64,000 bases of DNA from an uncultured Alphaproteobacteria bacterium (GTDB lineage Bacteria > Pseudomonadota > Alphaproteobacteria > RF32 > CAG-239): NCBI GenBank assembly GCA_910585375.1, contig CAJUCZ010000004.1:10636-74635 (forward strand), given 5' to 3'. Below the pieces are notes generated by a model. It saw only the letters and a program-made list of their open reading frames with translations, searched no databases and had not been told where the DNA came from. Positions 9,773 to 18,071 of this stretch are shown here, one piece after another. The first letter of the stretch is position 1. Each line of letters opens with the position of its first letter. The translations under genes were made by a program, and so were the position numbers.

Positions 9773-11029
9773 CTAAGCCAACTGGGCGGCAATTTTTCGG
9801 GCTTGGCTGATAATCTCTTCCTCGCCGTCAATTTTTTTGTTTTGCATCAAAATCCTGCCATTGCACAAAACGGTATCAATAACTGAACTGTCGGCAGAAT
9901 AAACTATATTTGAAATCAGGTTATAATTCGGAACAAGCAGTACATTATTCAAGTCAACCAAAATACAGTCGGCAAGTTTTCCTTCGGCAATAATGCCGGC
10001 ATCAATTCCAAGCGCTTCGGCACCGTTGCGCGTCGCTGCCTGAAAAACCTGTGCTGCTGCGGCTGCGGTCGGATCGCCCGATTGCAGTTTTGCCGACAAA
10101 GCCGCCAGTTTCATCTCGTCAAGCATGCTGACATTGTTGTTTGAAGCGCTGCCGTCCGTACCGAGCGTAATAAAGGCGCCTTTGTCCCAAAGTTTTTTGA
10201 ACATGAACGCGCCGGAACAAAGTTTGAGGTTGGAGGCCGGATTGGTGCAGAGCTTGACACCGTGCTTCAGAATAATGTCAATATCGGAGTCGCAGAGATG
10301 AACGGCATGCGCCAATATCGTGCGCGGAGAAAGGGCGCCGAGCTTTTCCAGATACTCAATCGGTGAACAACCGTGCGCGGCAATGCAGTCTTCGACTTCT
10401 TTTCGCGTTTCGCAGGCGTGAATATGCAAAAACATATTATTTTCTTCGGCAGTTTGAACGGCAAAACGGATAAGCTCTTCCGAAGCTGTATAAACGGCAT
10501 GAACGGCCATCACCTTGCTGATACGCTCGGGACAGGGATTCTCAAGCGCCAGAAATCTGGCGGTATCGGCTTTTTTGACCGCGGTTTTGTCTTGTTCGAA
10601 AAAATCTATTTGCACAAAAGAAACGGCTGCTCTCAGTCCCATATCGCAAACCGCCTGCATAATGGCCTTTTGCTCAAAATACATATCGGAAAAAGCAACC
10701 GTGCCGGAACGGATCATCTCCAGTATGGCAAGCTTTGTACCCCAATAAATAATCTCATCGTCAAACTTGGATTCTCGTGGCCAAATATCTTCCGACAGCC
10801 AGTGAAAAAGCTCCTTGTCATCGCCCAAACCACGCAAGAGGCTCATGGCCGCATGCGTGTGCAAATTATAAAATGCCGGCAGAATGGCTTTGTCCGAGCC
10901 GTCAATTACAGTGCCGGCAGATTCGGCAGATAAGGAAAATGCCGGCGCAATTTTGGCAAAACGGCCTTTGTCAATCAAAATATCAATGTTTTTGTTTTTA
11001 TGCAGAACGTTTTGAATTATAATAGTCAT
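9773..11029 (-). CDS. amidohydrolase (MTA/SAH deaminase / chlorohydrolase family)
   Basis: metal-binding HTHAAM...HAVH...HxH-type motifs; TIM-barrel amidohydrolase signature DGSASNN. Confidence 0.8.
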   Translation of the reverse strand: MTIIIQNVLHKNKNIDILIDKGRFAKIAPAFSLSAESAGTVIDGSDKAILPAFYNLHTHAAMSLLRGLGDDKELFHWLSEDIWPRESKFDDEIIYWGTKLAILEMIRSGTVAFSDMYFEQKAIMQAVCDMGLRAAVSFVQIDFFEQDKTAVKKADTARFLALENPCPERISKVMAVHAVYTASEELIRFAVQTAEENNMFLHIHACETRKEVEDCIAAHGCSPIEYLEKLGALSPRTILAHAVHLCDSDIDIILKHGVKLCTNPASNLKLCSGAFMFKKLWDKGAFITLGTDGSASNNNVSMLDEMKLAALSAKLQSGDPTAAAAAQVFQAATRNGAEALGIDAGIIAEGKLADCILVDLNNVLLVPNYNLISNIVYSADSSVIDTVLCNGRILMQNKKIDGEEEIISQARKIAAQLA

Positions 11030-11053
11030 GATAAATCCGATAAAAGAAAGAGG

Positions 11054-11455
11054 TTATTTTTGTTGTTGTTCCTGCATCATCTTCAAAAATTTGCCCATTT
11101 GTCCGGTTGCTTTGTTGACAAACTCGTTATATTCTTCCTTCGAGATTTTTCCGTCTTTGTTGGTGTCAAGCTGAGAAAAAGATTCGGCAGACTTCTTGCG
11201 GGTTTCTTCAATCATGTAATCAATGTATTCTTCTTGCGAGATATTGCCGTCTTTATCCTTGTCCAGCTTGTTGAACTCTTCGTCGCTGATTTCCTGAAGC
11301 TTAGCCTGCAACTGTGCAAAGTCAAGCTGCTGCGACATAACTTTGGTTGAAACGTCGGCATGAGCCAGAGCCGGAACCATTGCCAAACCGCAGAGCAGGA
11401 CATATTTAATTTTGTTCATATTCTTCTTCTCCCCAAAAAACATTACATTCTTCAC
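11054..11455 (-). CDS. secreted EF-hand calcium-binding protein
   Basis: signal peptide; two canonical EF-hand loops DKDKDGNISQEE and DTNKDGKISKEE. Confidence 0.7.
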   Translation of the reverse strand: MKNVMFFGEKKNMNKIKYVLLCGLAMVPALAHADVSTKVMSQQLDFAQLQAKLQEISDEEFNKLDKDKDGNISQEEYIDYMIEETRKKSAESFSQLDTNKDGKISKEEYNEFVNKATGQMGKFLKMMQEQQQK

Positions 11456-11521
11456 AAAAATAAATCCAAAAGATTAATATTTGCTTACTCTTATATTGTG
11501 CGGGAAGAATAGAAATTCAAC

Positions 11522-11552
11522 TTGCAAAAAAGAAAGATTCGTTTAATATAAT
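11522..11552 (+). promoter_or_regulatory. sigma70-like promoter of HTH cassette copy 1 (-35 TTGCAA, -10 TATAAT region)
   Basis: TTGCAA at 11522-11527 and AATATAAT at 11545-11552; same arrangement conserved upstream of copies 2 and 3. Confidence 0.55.
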
Positions 11553-11557
11553 AGCCG

Positions 11558-11741
11558 CAGTTCGGAGACGGGCTGTGGTGTCTAACAAACATCTCAAGTT
11601 TAGTTCCTCAATGTGGGGAGTGCCGGAAATAAGTGCGCATGCGCAACGAATAACGGCGACTGTAACTTGACAGTTTGTTAGCTCCCCGCCTTTAATTTTA
11701 AAGGCGGTTTTGTTTTAACAAAATCAAGGAGCTAAAATAAA
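11558..11741 (+). ncRNA. conserved structured 5' leader (attenuator-like) of HTH cassette copy 1
   Basis: 5' hairpin CAGTTCG-GAGA-CGGGCTG (GNRA loop); anti-SD AGCTCC at 11680-11685; intrinsic terminator CCGCCTTTA-attt-TAAAGGCGG+T-run at 11686-11716; SD AGGAGCT at 11727-11733; three homologous copies with compensatory substitutions. Confidence 0.6.
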
Positions 11742-12002
11742 ATGTTATCAAGAAAATATAGAAAAGAGTGGTATAAGACCTTCCGGAGTTATTGTAATAA
11801 AGAATTAAACCGGATGATGACGGAACAGGGCTTAACAAGTACGGAACTGGCGGATCATATAGATTTTTTTGAAGGTCGGATAGAAAAATTAAAAAGAAAT
11901 ACCAGCCATGTGAGAATGGAAGAATATGTGTATTTGTTTTCCTTTCTGGATAAGGTGTTTGAAATAAAACTTGTCGATGCCAAAGATTATCCTTGGCAGT
12001 AA
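11742..12002 (+). CDS. small helix-turn-helix (XRE-like) protein, cassette copy 1
   Basis: HTH-like segment QGLTSTELADHIDFFEGRIEKLKRN; 97% nt identity to 26782-27042 with 6 synonymous and 1 non-synonymous change (purifying selection). Confidence 0.65.
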   Translation: MLSRKYRKEWYKTFRSYCNKELNRMMTEQGLTSTELADHIDFFEGRIEKLKRNTSHVRMEEYVYLFSFLDKVFEIKLVDAKDYPWQ

Positions 12003-12003
12003 T

Positions 12004-12036
12004 AAAAAAGCGGGAGTTTTCTCCCGCTTTTTTCAT
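12004..12036 (+). terminator. intrinsic terminator after HTH gene copy 1 (GCGGGAG-ttttc-TCCCGC + T6)
   Basis: stem-loop plus T-run directly after stop codon. Confidence 0.65.
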
Positions 12037-12433
12037 TTTCTCTGTTCAGAGTACATGCTTTCTCACAAACTTTGCCATAGCACCGCGGTCTCTGAAGCAC
12101 CGTACAAACTGACGCCTCACCCGCTGGGTGCGGCCTCCCGACCGCGGTCTCATGGAACCGTATAAAACGTGCGCCACCCGCCGTGCGGGTCATCCTGAGC
12201 GAAGCGAAGGATCCAATCAAATCATATGGCTTTATTAATCAACTGGATTCTTCACTCCGTTCAGAATGACAGTACGTCTTCTTCAAAGCACTTTCTCAAT
12301 CACATCCCCGCCGGAGCATCGCGGTCCTCTGGGCACGGCGTCGGCAGCTGATCGCTCAGGCCGTCGCCTGTGGCACGGTATTTGCATTAGAGAAAGCAAA
12401 GTAAAAAAATTATCCGCGATTGGGGAGAATAAC

Positions 12434-13177
12434 ATGGATAATACAAAATATATTGCGTTGTCGCGCCAAATGGGGTTGTGGAAACAAATGGACATTGTTT
12501 CCAATAACATGGCAAACATGAACACCGCCGGTTATAAACAAGACGACGCCGTATTCAGCTCATATATCGTAAAAACCGAGGGAGCCAAGGGCTTTGGACA
12601 GGTTCCTTTGTACTTTACGCAGGACTTCGGAACATTTAAAGACTTTCAGGAAGGCGCTTTTCAGGAAACCGGCAATGCTCTGGACGTGGCGTTGCAGGGT
12701 AATGCTTTTTTTGCCATAGAAACGCCGAATGGTGAAATGTATACCAAAAAAGGCCAGTTTGCGCTTGATGCCAACGGCATGATTGTCACCAAAGACGGCG
12801 ATGCCCTGTTATCAGAAAATAACGAACCGTTTTTTATCGCGCCGGGAGAAAAAGAAATCGTCATCAGCGAAAACGGCGAAGTTTCAACCGAAACCGGCGT
12901 TATCGGCCGCTTAAAACTGGTAACTTTCGGCAATGAGCAGAAGCTTTTGAAAATGGGCGGCACAAAATTTGCAAATACCGAAGGCAACATGATGACAATC
13001 GGCGGCGGCAATACGCGGGTCATGCAGGGGAAAATCGAGCAGTCCAACGTTCAGCCGATTGTTGAAATGAGCAAAATGATAAAACTGCAGCGTTCTTACG
13101 AATATGTCCAGCAGATGATTGATGAAGAGCACGAGCGCCTTTCCAATACCATCAGCACCTATTCGCAGCTTGCATAA
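12434..13177 (+). CDS. flgF: flagellar basal-body rod protein FlgF
   Basis: N-terminal rod-protein signature DIVSNNMANMNTAGYK; start moved to ATG 12434 (RBS GGGGAG) rather than ORF-track 12266. Confidence 0.85.
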   Translation: MDNTKYIALSRQMGLWKQMDIVSNNMANMNTAGYKQDDAVFSSYIVKTEGAKGFGQVPLYFTQDFGTFKDFQEGAFQETGNALDVALQGNAFFAIETPNGEMYTKKGQFALDANGMIVTKDGDALLSENNEPFFIAPGEKEIVISENGEVSTETGVIGRLKLVTFGNEQKLLKMGGTKFANTEGNMMTIGGGNTRVMQGKIEQSNVQPIVEMSKMIKLQRSYEYVQQMIDEEHERLSNTISTYSQLA

Positions 13178-13201
13178 ACAATTTTACAGGGGAATAAAAT
13201 T

Positions 13202-13990
13202 ATGAGAACATTAAATATCGGCGCAACCGGAATGCTGGCACAACAAACCAATGTTGATGTCATTGCCAACAACCTCGCCAATATGAACACCACCGCCTAT
13301 ACCAAACGGCGGGCGGAATTTACCGACCTTTTGTATCAAAACGTGATTCGTCCGGGGTCAGCTTCCACTGCCTCGCAGACAATCGTCCCGTCCGGCATCC
13401 AGCTTGGTCTGGGTGTCAGAACCGCGGCGGTTTACCGCATTACCGACGGCGACGGCCTGACCAATACCGGCAACGAACTGGATTTGGCCATTCGCGGCCG
13501 CGGCTATTTTCAGATTGAACTTCCGGACGGACAGGGCACGGCTTATACCCGTGACGGCGCTTTTCAGCGTAACGGCGACGGTGTTATTGTCACGCATGAC
13601 GGCTATACCGTTCAGCCGGAAATCACCATTCCGGAAGACGCTGTTGAAGTCTATGTTAATAACTCCGGCGAAGTCTGGGTCAAACAAGACGGCGAAACTG
13701 ATGAAGTAAACGTCGGACAGCTGGAACTGGCGACTTTTCCGAACGAGGCCGGCTTGGAAGCCATGGGCAACAACCTGTTTACCGAAACCGAAGCCTCCGG
13801 CGCACCGATTATTGACAACCCCGATACCGAGGGCTTTGGCTCTATCCTGCAAGGATATTTGTCAACGTCCAACGTCAATCCGGTGGCCGAAATTACCGAG
13901 CTGATTTCTGCCCAGCGCGCTTATGAGATGAACTCAAAAGTCATCTCGACGGCTGACCAGATGCTGAGTACCATTAATCAGCTGAAATAA
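13202..13990 (+). CDS. flgG: flagellar basal-body rod protein FlgG
   Basis: MLAQQTNVDVIANNLANMNTTAY… and C-terminal rod domain; 262 aa typical of FlgG. Confidence 0.9.
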   Translation: MRTLNIGATGMLAQQTNVDVIANNLANMNTTAYTKRRAEFTDLLYQNVIRPGSASTASQTIVPSGIQLGLGVRTAAVYRITDGDGLTNTGNELDLAIRGRGYFQIELPDGQGTAYTRDGAFQRNGDGVIVTHDGYTVQPEITIPEDAVEVYVNNSGEVWVKQDGETDEVNVGQLELATFPNEAGLEAMGNNLFTETEASGAPIIDNPDTEGFGSILQGYLSTSNVNPVAEITELISAQRAYEMNSKVISTADQMLSTINQLK

Positions 13991-14002
13991 GGGGTAGGCA
14001 AG

Positions 14003-14713
14003 ATGAAAAATTTGCTGCTGGTTTTAACGTTTGTTCTGACGGTTGCTAATCCGTTTCCGGCTTTCGGACAGACTTATGTCTCGGAAGAGGACATTGCCTC
14101 CGCGCTGAAAAAAGAATATCTCGAGCGCTTTGGCGAGGGCGATGAAATTGAGCTGGAATTTTACGGCGGCCGGACAAATTTTAGTCTGGAAGAGGCCGGA
14201 GAAGTTAAAATCATGGTGGCAAATGCCCGTTTTGACGAGCTGCAAAATAAGTTTTCCGCGGATGTGGAAGTTTTTGCCGGCGGCAAACCGGCGGCAAAAT
14301 CCGCTTATCAGGGAAAATATTACATTTTGACCGAAGTATTTGTGCCGGCGCAAAACATCAACAAGGGCGAAGTCATTACGGCCGACAAGCTGAAAAGCAT
14401 TAAAGTCCGCGCCAATCGTGTCAAACCGCAGCATCTGGCCGACAAGGACAAACTGATAAATATGGAAGCCAAAAGAAACCTGCGCGAAGGCAAAATGATA
14501 AGCGATAAAGACGTGGGCAAAATTGTTCTGATAAAAAAAGGCAGTATTGTAAATTTGATTTATCAGACCCCGTATATGCAGATAACCGCCAAGGCCGAGG
14601 CTTTGGAAGACGGCTGCCGCGGCGACCGGATTGAAATCCGCAATACCAAAAGCAAAAAAGATTTATACGGCGAGGTTGTTGACGCCGAAACGGTTCGGAT
14701 TGAGCAGCAGTAA
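14003..14713 (+). CDS. flgA: flagellar P-ring formation protein FlgA (SAF domain)
   Basis: signal peptide, C-terminal SAF-like domain, position between flgG and flgH. Confidence 0.6.
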   Translation: MKNLLLVLTFVLTVANPFPAFGQTYVSEEDIASALKKEYLERFGEGDEIELEFYGGRTNFSLEEAGEVKIMVANARFDELQNKFSADVEVFAGGKPAAKSAYQGKYYILTEVFVPAQNINKGEVITADKLKSIKVRANRVKPQHLADKDKLINMEAKRNLREGKMISDKDVGKIVLIKKGSIVNLIYQTPYMQITAKAEALEDGCRGDRIEIRNTKSKKDLYGEVVDAETVRIEQQ

Positions 14714-14728
14714 GAAGAGGGACAGAAA

Positions 14729-15487
14729 ATGAATAAATTTAACGGAATCAAACTTTGTGCAGGCATGCTGCTGATGGCGACATCGCTTTCCGGTTGCGGA
14801 ATCTGGAACCGCCTGACCTCAATCGGCGAACTTCCTCCGATCAGCCCGATTGAAAACCCGACCGAGGCCAAAGGCTATGAGCCGGTCAGTATGCCGATGC
14901 CGCAGCAGATTCAGGCGCAGCCGATGGCCAATTCTTTGTGGAAACCCGGATCGTCCGGCTTTTTCAAAGACCAGCGCGCTTCTAAGGTCGGCGATATTAT
15001 CACGGTCAAAATTTCGGCCAAAGACAATGCTTTAATGGAAAATGAAACCGAGCAGAACCGTGATGACAACAAAGATTCCGTTGGCATTACCGCCTTTGCC
15101 GGATACGAGTCTTATGCCAAAGATTATTTGCCGGATGCCGTTGATCCGACTAATCTGATTGACATTACGTCCAACCGTGAGATTTCCGGCGATGGTAAAA
15201 TTGACCGTCAGGAAAAAATCAATATGACTCTGGCCGCAATTGTCACGCAGGTTTTGCCGAACGGCAATCTGGTCATTGAAGGCAATCAGGAGATCCGCGT
15301 TAATTATGAGCTCCGCCAGATGACTGTCCGCGGCATTATCCGCCGGGCTGACATTCAGTCTGACAATACCATCGAGTCGAGCAAAATTGCCGAGATGCGT
15401 GTTTCTTACGGCGGCAAAGGTGTTATCTCGGATGTTCAGCAGCCGCGTTACGGCCGCCAGCTGATAGACATCTTATCACCGTTTTAA
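14729..15487 (+). CDS. flgH: flagellar L-ring lipoprotein FlgH
   Basis: lipobox LSGCG; FlgH signature GDIITVKISAKDNA…. Confidence 0.85.
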   Translation: MNKFNGIKLCAGMLLMATSLSGCGIWNRLTSIGELPPISPIENPTEAKGYEPVSMPMPQQIQAQPMANSLWKPGSSGFFKDQRASKVGDIITVKISAKDNALMENETEQNRDDNKDSVGITAFAGYESYAKDYLPDAVDPTNLIDITSNREISGDGKIDRQEKINMTLAAIVTQVLPNGNLVIEGNQEIRVNYELRQMTVRGIIRRADIQSDNTIESSKIAEMRVSYGGKGVISDVQQPRYGRQLIDILSPF

Positions 15488-15747
15488 TTAAAGTTTCCCT
15501 TATTATTATGTTTTGTGGTGTTAAAAAATCTCCCCATTTTTTACCCGCACGGGGCTGCCGGTCCGGAATAGATCCCCAACTTTGCCGGAAATGCACAGCC
15601 CCATCCCTAAACGGGTTCGTTTGACTTCCCCAATTTGAGCGAGCCCGTTTGTTTTTAAATAAGAAGTGAATAGCTTTAAGTTTATGGTTTAAAAGTAAAG
15701 CCGGATAGATTATATCAGAAAAGGAAAATTTTTTTGAAGGATGCAAA

Positions 15748-16413
15748 ATGAGAAAAAATATAAATGAAGTGAAACATGCGGAAAATGAAGCCGAGATTTT
15801 TTTGAGACACGCTCTGGCGATTTCAAATGCTTTTGGCAGCAACGATGAAATTGCAATCCTGACCGCATTGGATAATAACTTAAAATTGTGGGTAGAGATA
15901 GAAACTTCTCTCAAAGACGTAAAGAATTTGCTTCCTGAAGATATCAAAGAAAACTTGCTCAAGTTGTCAAAATTCATTGAGCGCCTTACCTTATCAAAAG
16001 GTCTTCATATGACTGCGCCGGATTATAACTGCCTTATTAACATCAATATGCAGATTTCCGAGGGCTTGCTGGAAGCCGTCAGAAACCATCTGGCCAAGGA
16101 AGAGGCTTTCTCTTTGTTAAAATGCGCGCTGGACATTTCTACAGCCCGCGATAATGAAGACAAAAACGGTCTGGTGGCAGCGCTTGACAATAATATGAAA
16201 CTTTGGGTTTATATTAAAACGCTGGCCAATTCCGAAGAAAATAATATGCCGAAAGAAACCAAGAACAATCTGATAAAACTGGCAGATTACGTTTCGGCCA
16301 AAACTTTGGAAGTCGGACAGGATATTGATAACCTGAACCAAAAGGCCATCGACAGCATGATTATGACCAATCTGCAAATTTCCGAAGGTCTGATGAACAA
16401 AAAAAGCGCTTAA
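15748..16413 (+). CDS. FlaF-like flagellar regulator, tandemly duplicated (two FlaF domains)
   Basis: two ~100-aa repeats each with LDNNxKLWV…INMQISEGL, matching FlaF motif (…N+xLW…IDIN+…EGL) also seen in 26044-26412. Confidence 0.55.
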   Translation: MRKNINEVKHAENEAEIFLRHALAISNAFGSNDEIAILTALDNNLKLWVEIETSLKDVKNLLPEDIKENLLKLSKFIERLTLSKGLHMTAPDYNCLININMQISEGLLEAVRNHLAKEEAFSLLKCALDISTARDNEDKNGLVAALDNNMKLWVYIKTLANSEENNMPKETKNNLIKLADYVSAKTLEVGQDIDNLNQKAIDSMIMTNLQISEGLMNKKSA

Positions 16414-16429
16414 TTAATAAAGTACATTA

Positions 16430-16461
16430 AAAAAGCGGAGGAAATCCTCCGCTTTTGTTTT
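16430..16461. terminator. bidirectional terminator between FlaF-like gene and Cys-rich gene (GCGGAGGA-aat-CCTCCGC + T-run)
   Basis: 8-bp stem, A-run/T-run flanks. Confidence 0.6.
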
Positions 16462-16478
16462 GGTGTGTATAAACCGTT

Positions 16479-17678
16479 TTAGTTGCAGGTTCCTTCATAT
16501 GATGACGTTTTACCGTCACAGGTTGTATTTTTATCACTGCAAGAGCCACAGTTTTCTGAAGTATACCCATACTTACCGGTTCCATTTTTCTCACAATCTT
16601 CTTTGGTAAGATAGATTGTTCCGTTAGAATAGCAGGCTGAGGTTGTGAATACATCATTTTCTTCTCCTGTAGAGGTGTTTCTGCAGCCTTTAGTTACCTT
16701 ATGGACCCAATGGTAACCGGAACCGCTTGGGGAACAAGAGCCGCCACCGGCTGCGCGGACATACCCGACCCACTTGTTGCCGGAACTCCCGCTCCCTGAA
16801 CTTCCGCTGCCACCAGATCCTGAACCTCCGCCTGAACCGCCGGAATTACCGGAAGACGGGGGCGGGGTATAACAAGACCCACAGCATTTTCTGGTACCGC
16901 CGCACCCGTCGGAACAAGAATAGCAGTTGCATCCGCTTTCATCACCATAAGGCGTACAGCATGATTGATAAGGATAATAGCATGTTTTCGTGCGGCATCC
17001 GTTCTTGGTCGACCCGCCGCAACCTCCGGGGTTAGAGGTTGAAGTTCCGGACGGGCAGTTAGGATTGCAGGTGTAATAGCAGGTATAACCGCAGCCGTCA
17101 GAGCCGTTTGCTCCGTAAGAAGAATAACTTAAAGACGTATTCGCCGGACAGCCGGAAGGCCTGCAGCAGGTACCGAAATTGTTATCATAAGAACAGCGGC
17201 CGGAGGCATGAAGTTTCTGACCGGACGGGCATGAGTTTGTATATCCGGTATCGCGACAAGCCCGTTGATTGTCTCTTTTACAACCTTTGTATAAAGTTGC
17301 GAAACTTGGGCAAGGCTGGTCAACATAGTTCGGGATAGAACATGAGGTCGTGTTATAACCGTTATCGGTACACCATTTAACCGGATCACATTTAAGGTAA
17401 TAATCGTCTTTCTTACACTTACCGACCTGTGCCTGATACTGCGGACATTTACCGGAAGCATAATAGGTGTAACCTTTCTTCTCACACCATTCAGTGTCAT
17501 TGTTGACATTCATGTTTACATCGCCGTGCAAGGTATCGGAATCCTGACAGTCAGGCAGGAAACAGACGCCACAATAAGCATTGGAAGGCGGGAGGAAGAC
17601 CGAGAAAGCAGCGGCCACAGCCAGGGCTGATACCGCAGAGTTTAGTTTCAGGTGTAGCATAGTGTTAATGTTTTTCAT
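16479..17678 (-). CDS. secreted cysteine/glycine/serine-rich protein (399 aa), paralog of 42285-43415
   Basis: signal peptide MKNINTMLHLKLNSAVSALAVAAAFS; ~14% Cys; GS-rich linker PPPSSGNSGGSGGGSGSGGSGSSGSGSSG; RBS GGGAGGAAGCCG-ATG; N-terminal 230 aa ~80% identical to paralog. Confidence 0.7.
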   Translation of the reverse strand: MKNINTMLHLKLNSAVSALAVAAAFSVFLPPSNAYCGVCFLPDCQDSDTLHGDVNMNVNNDTEWCEKKGYTYYASGKCPQYQAQVGKCKKDDYYLKCDPVKWCTDNGYNTTSCSIPNYVDQPCPSFATLYKGCKRDNQRACRDTGYTNSCPSGQKLHASGRCSYDNNFGTCCRPSGCPANTSLSYSSYGANGSDGCGYTCYYTCNPNCPSGTSTSNPGGCGGSTKNGCRTKTCYYPYQSCCTPYGDESGCNCYSCSDGCGGTRKCCGSCYTPPPSSGNSGGSGGGSGSGGSGSSGSGSSGNKWVGYVRAAGGGSCSPSGSGYHWVHKVTKGCRNTSTGEENDVFTTSACYSNGTIYLTKEDCEKNGTGKYGYTSENCGSCSDKNTTCDGKTSSYEGTCN

Positions 17679-17818
17679 CGGCTTCCTCCCAAAGCAAACG
17701 CACCCAGCGGGTGAGGCAACAAAAGCCCCGATCGTCTGTCAACAATGTGCCAAAGCTTTCGCGTTGCTTTTTTCTTTATCTGGGCAACCCAGTGCCCGGA
17801 ATGGTTAATACTAATGTC

Positions 17819-17847
17819 ACTATAGCACACGAAAGCGCAAGAGTCAA
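17819..17847 (-). promoter_or_regulatory. sigma70 promoter of Cys-rich gene 1 (TTGACT-17-TATAGT on minus strand)
   Basis: -10 at 17819-17824, -35 at 17842-17847, 17-nt spacer; identical architecture upstream of paralog; conserved upstream box 17852-17879. Confidence 0.6.
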
Positions 17848-17855
17848 CACATAAT

Positions 17856-18000
17856 GAAAAGTCGGGTGGAGATTTTGGGCAGCAGGATGGGAAAAGCAGA
17901 GGGGATTTTGGCTAATCAGGGAGGAGAAAGTGGAGGGAATGGAGAAAGAATGGAAAGGCGGAAATGGGAAAATAAAAAATGAATTTAAAGATAAGGAAAT
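17856..18000 (+). repeat. polypurine (GA-rich) strand-asymmetric tract
   Basis: ~145 bp almost exclusively G/A on plus strand (GGAGGAGAAAGTGGAGGGAATGGAGAAAGAATGGAAAGG…). Confidence 0.7.
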
Positions 18001-18071
18001 GATTCTTTCTCTTGAATTCATCCTAAGCCTTATTATCTATAACGCAGACAAATTTCATAAGGGCTGAAACC

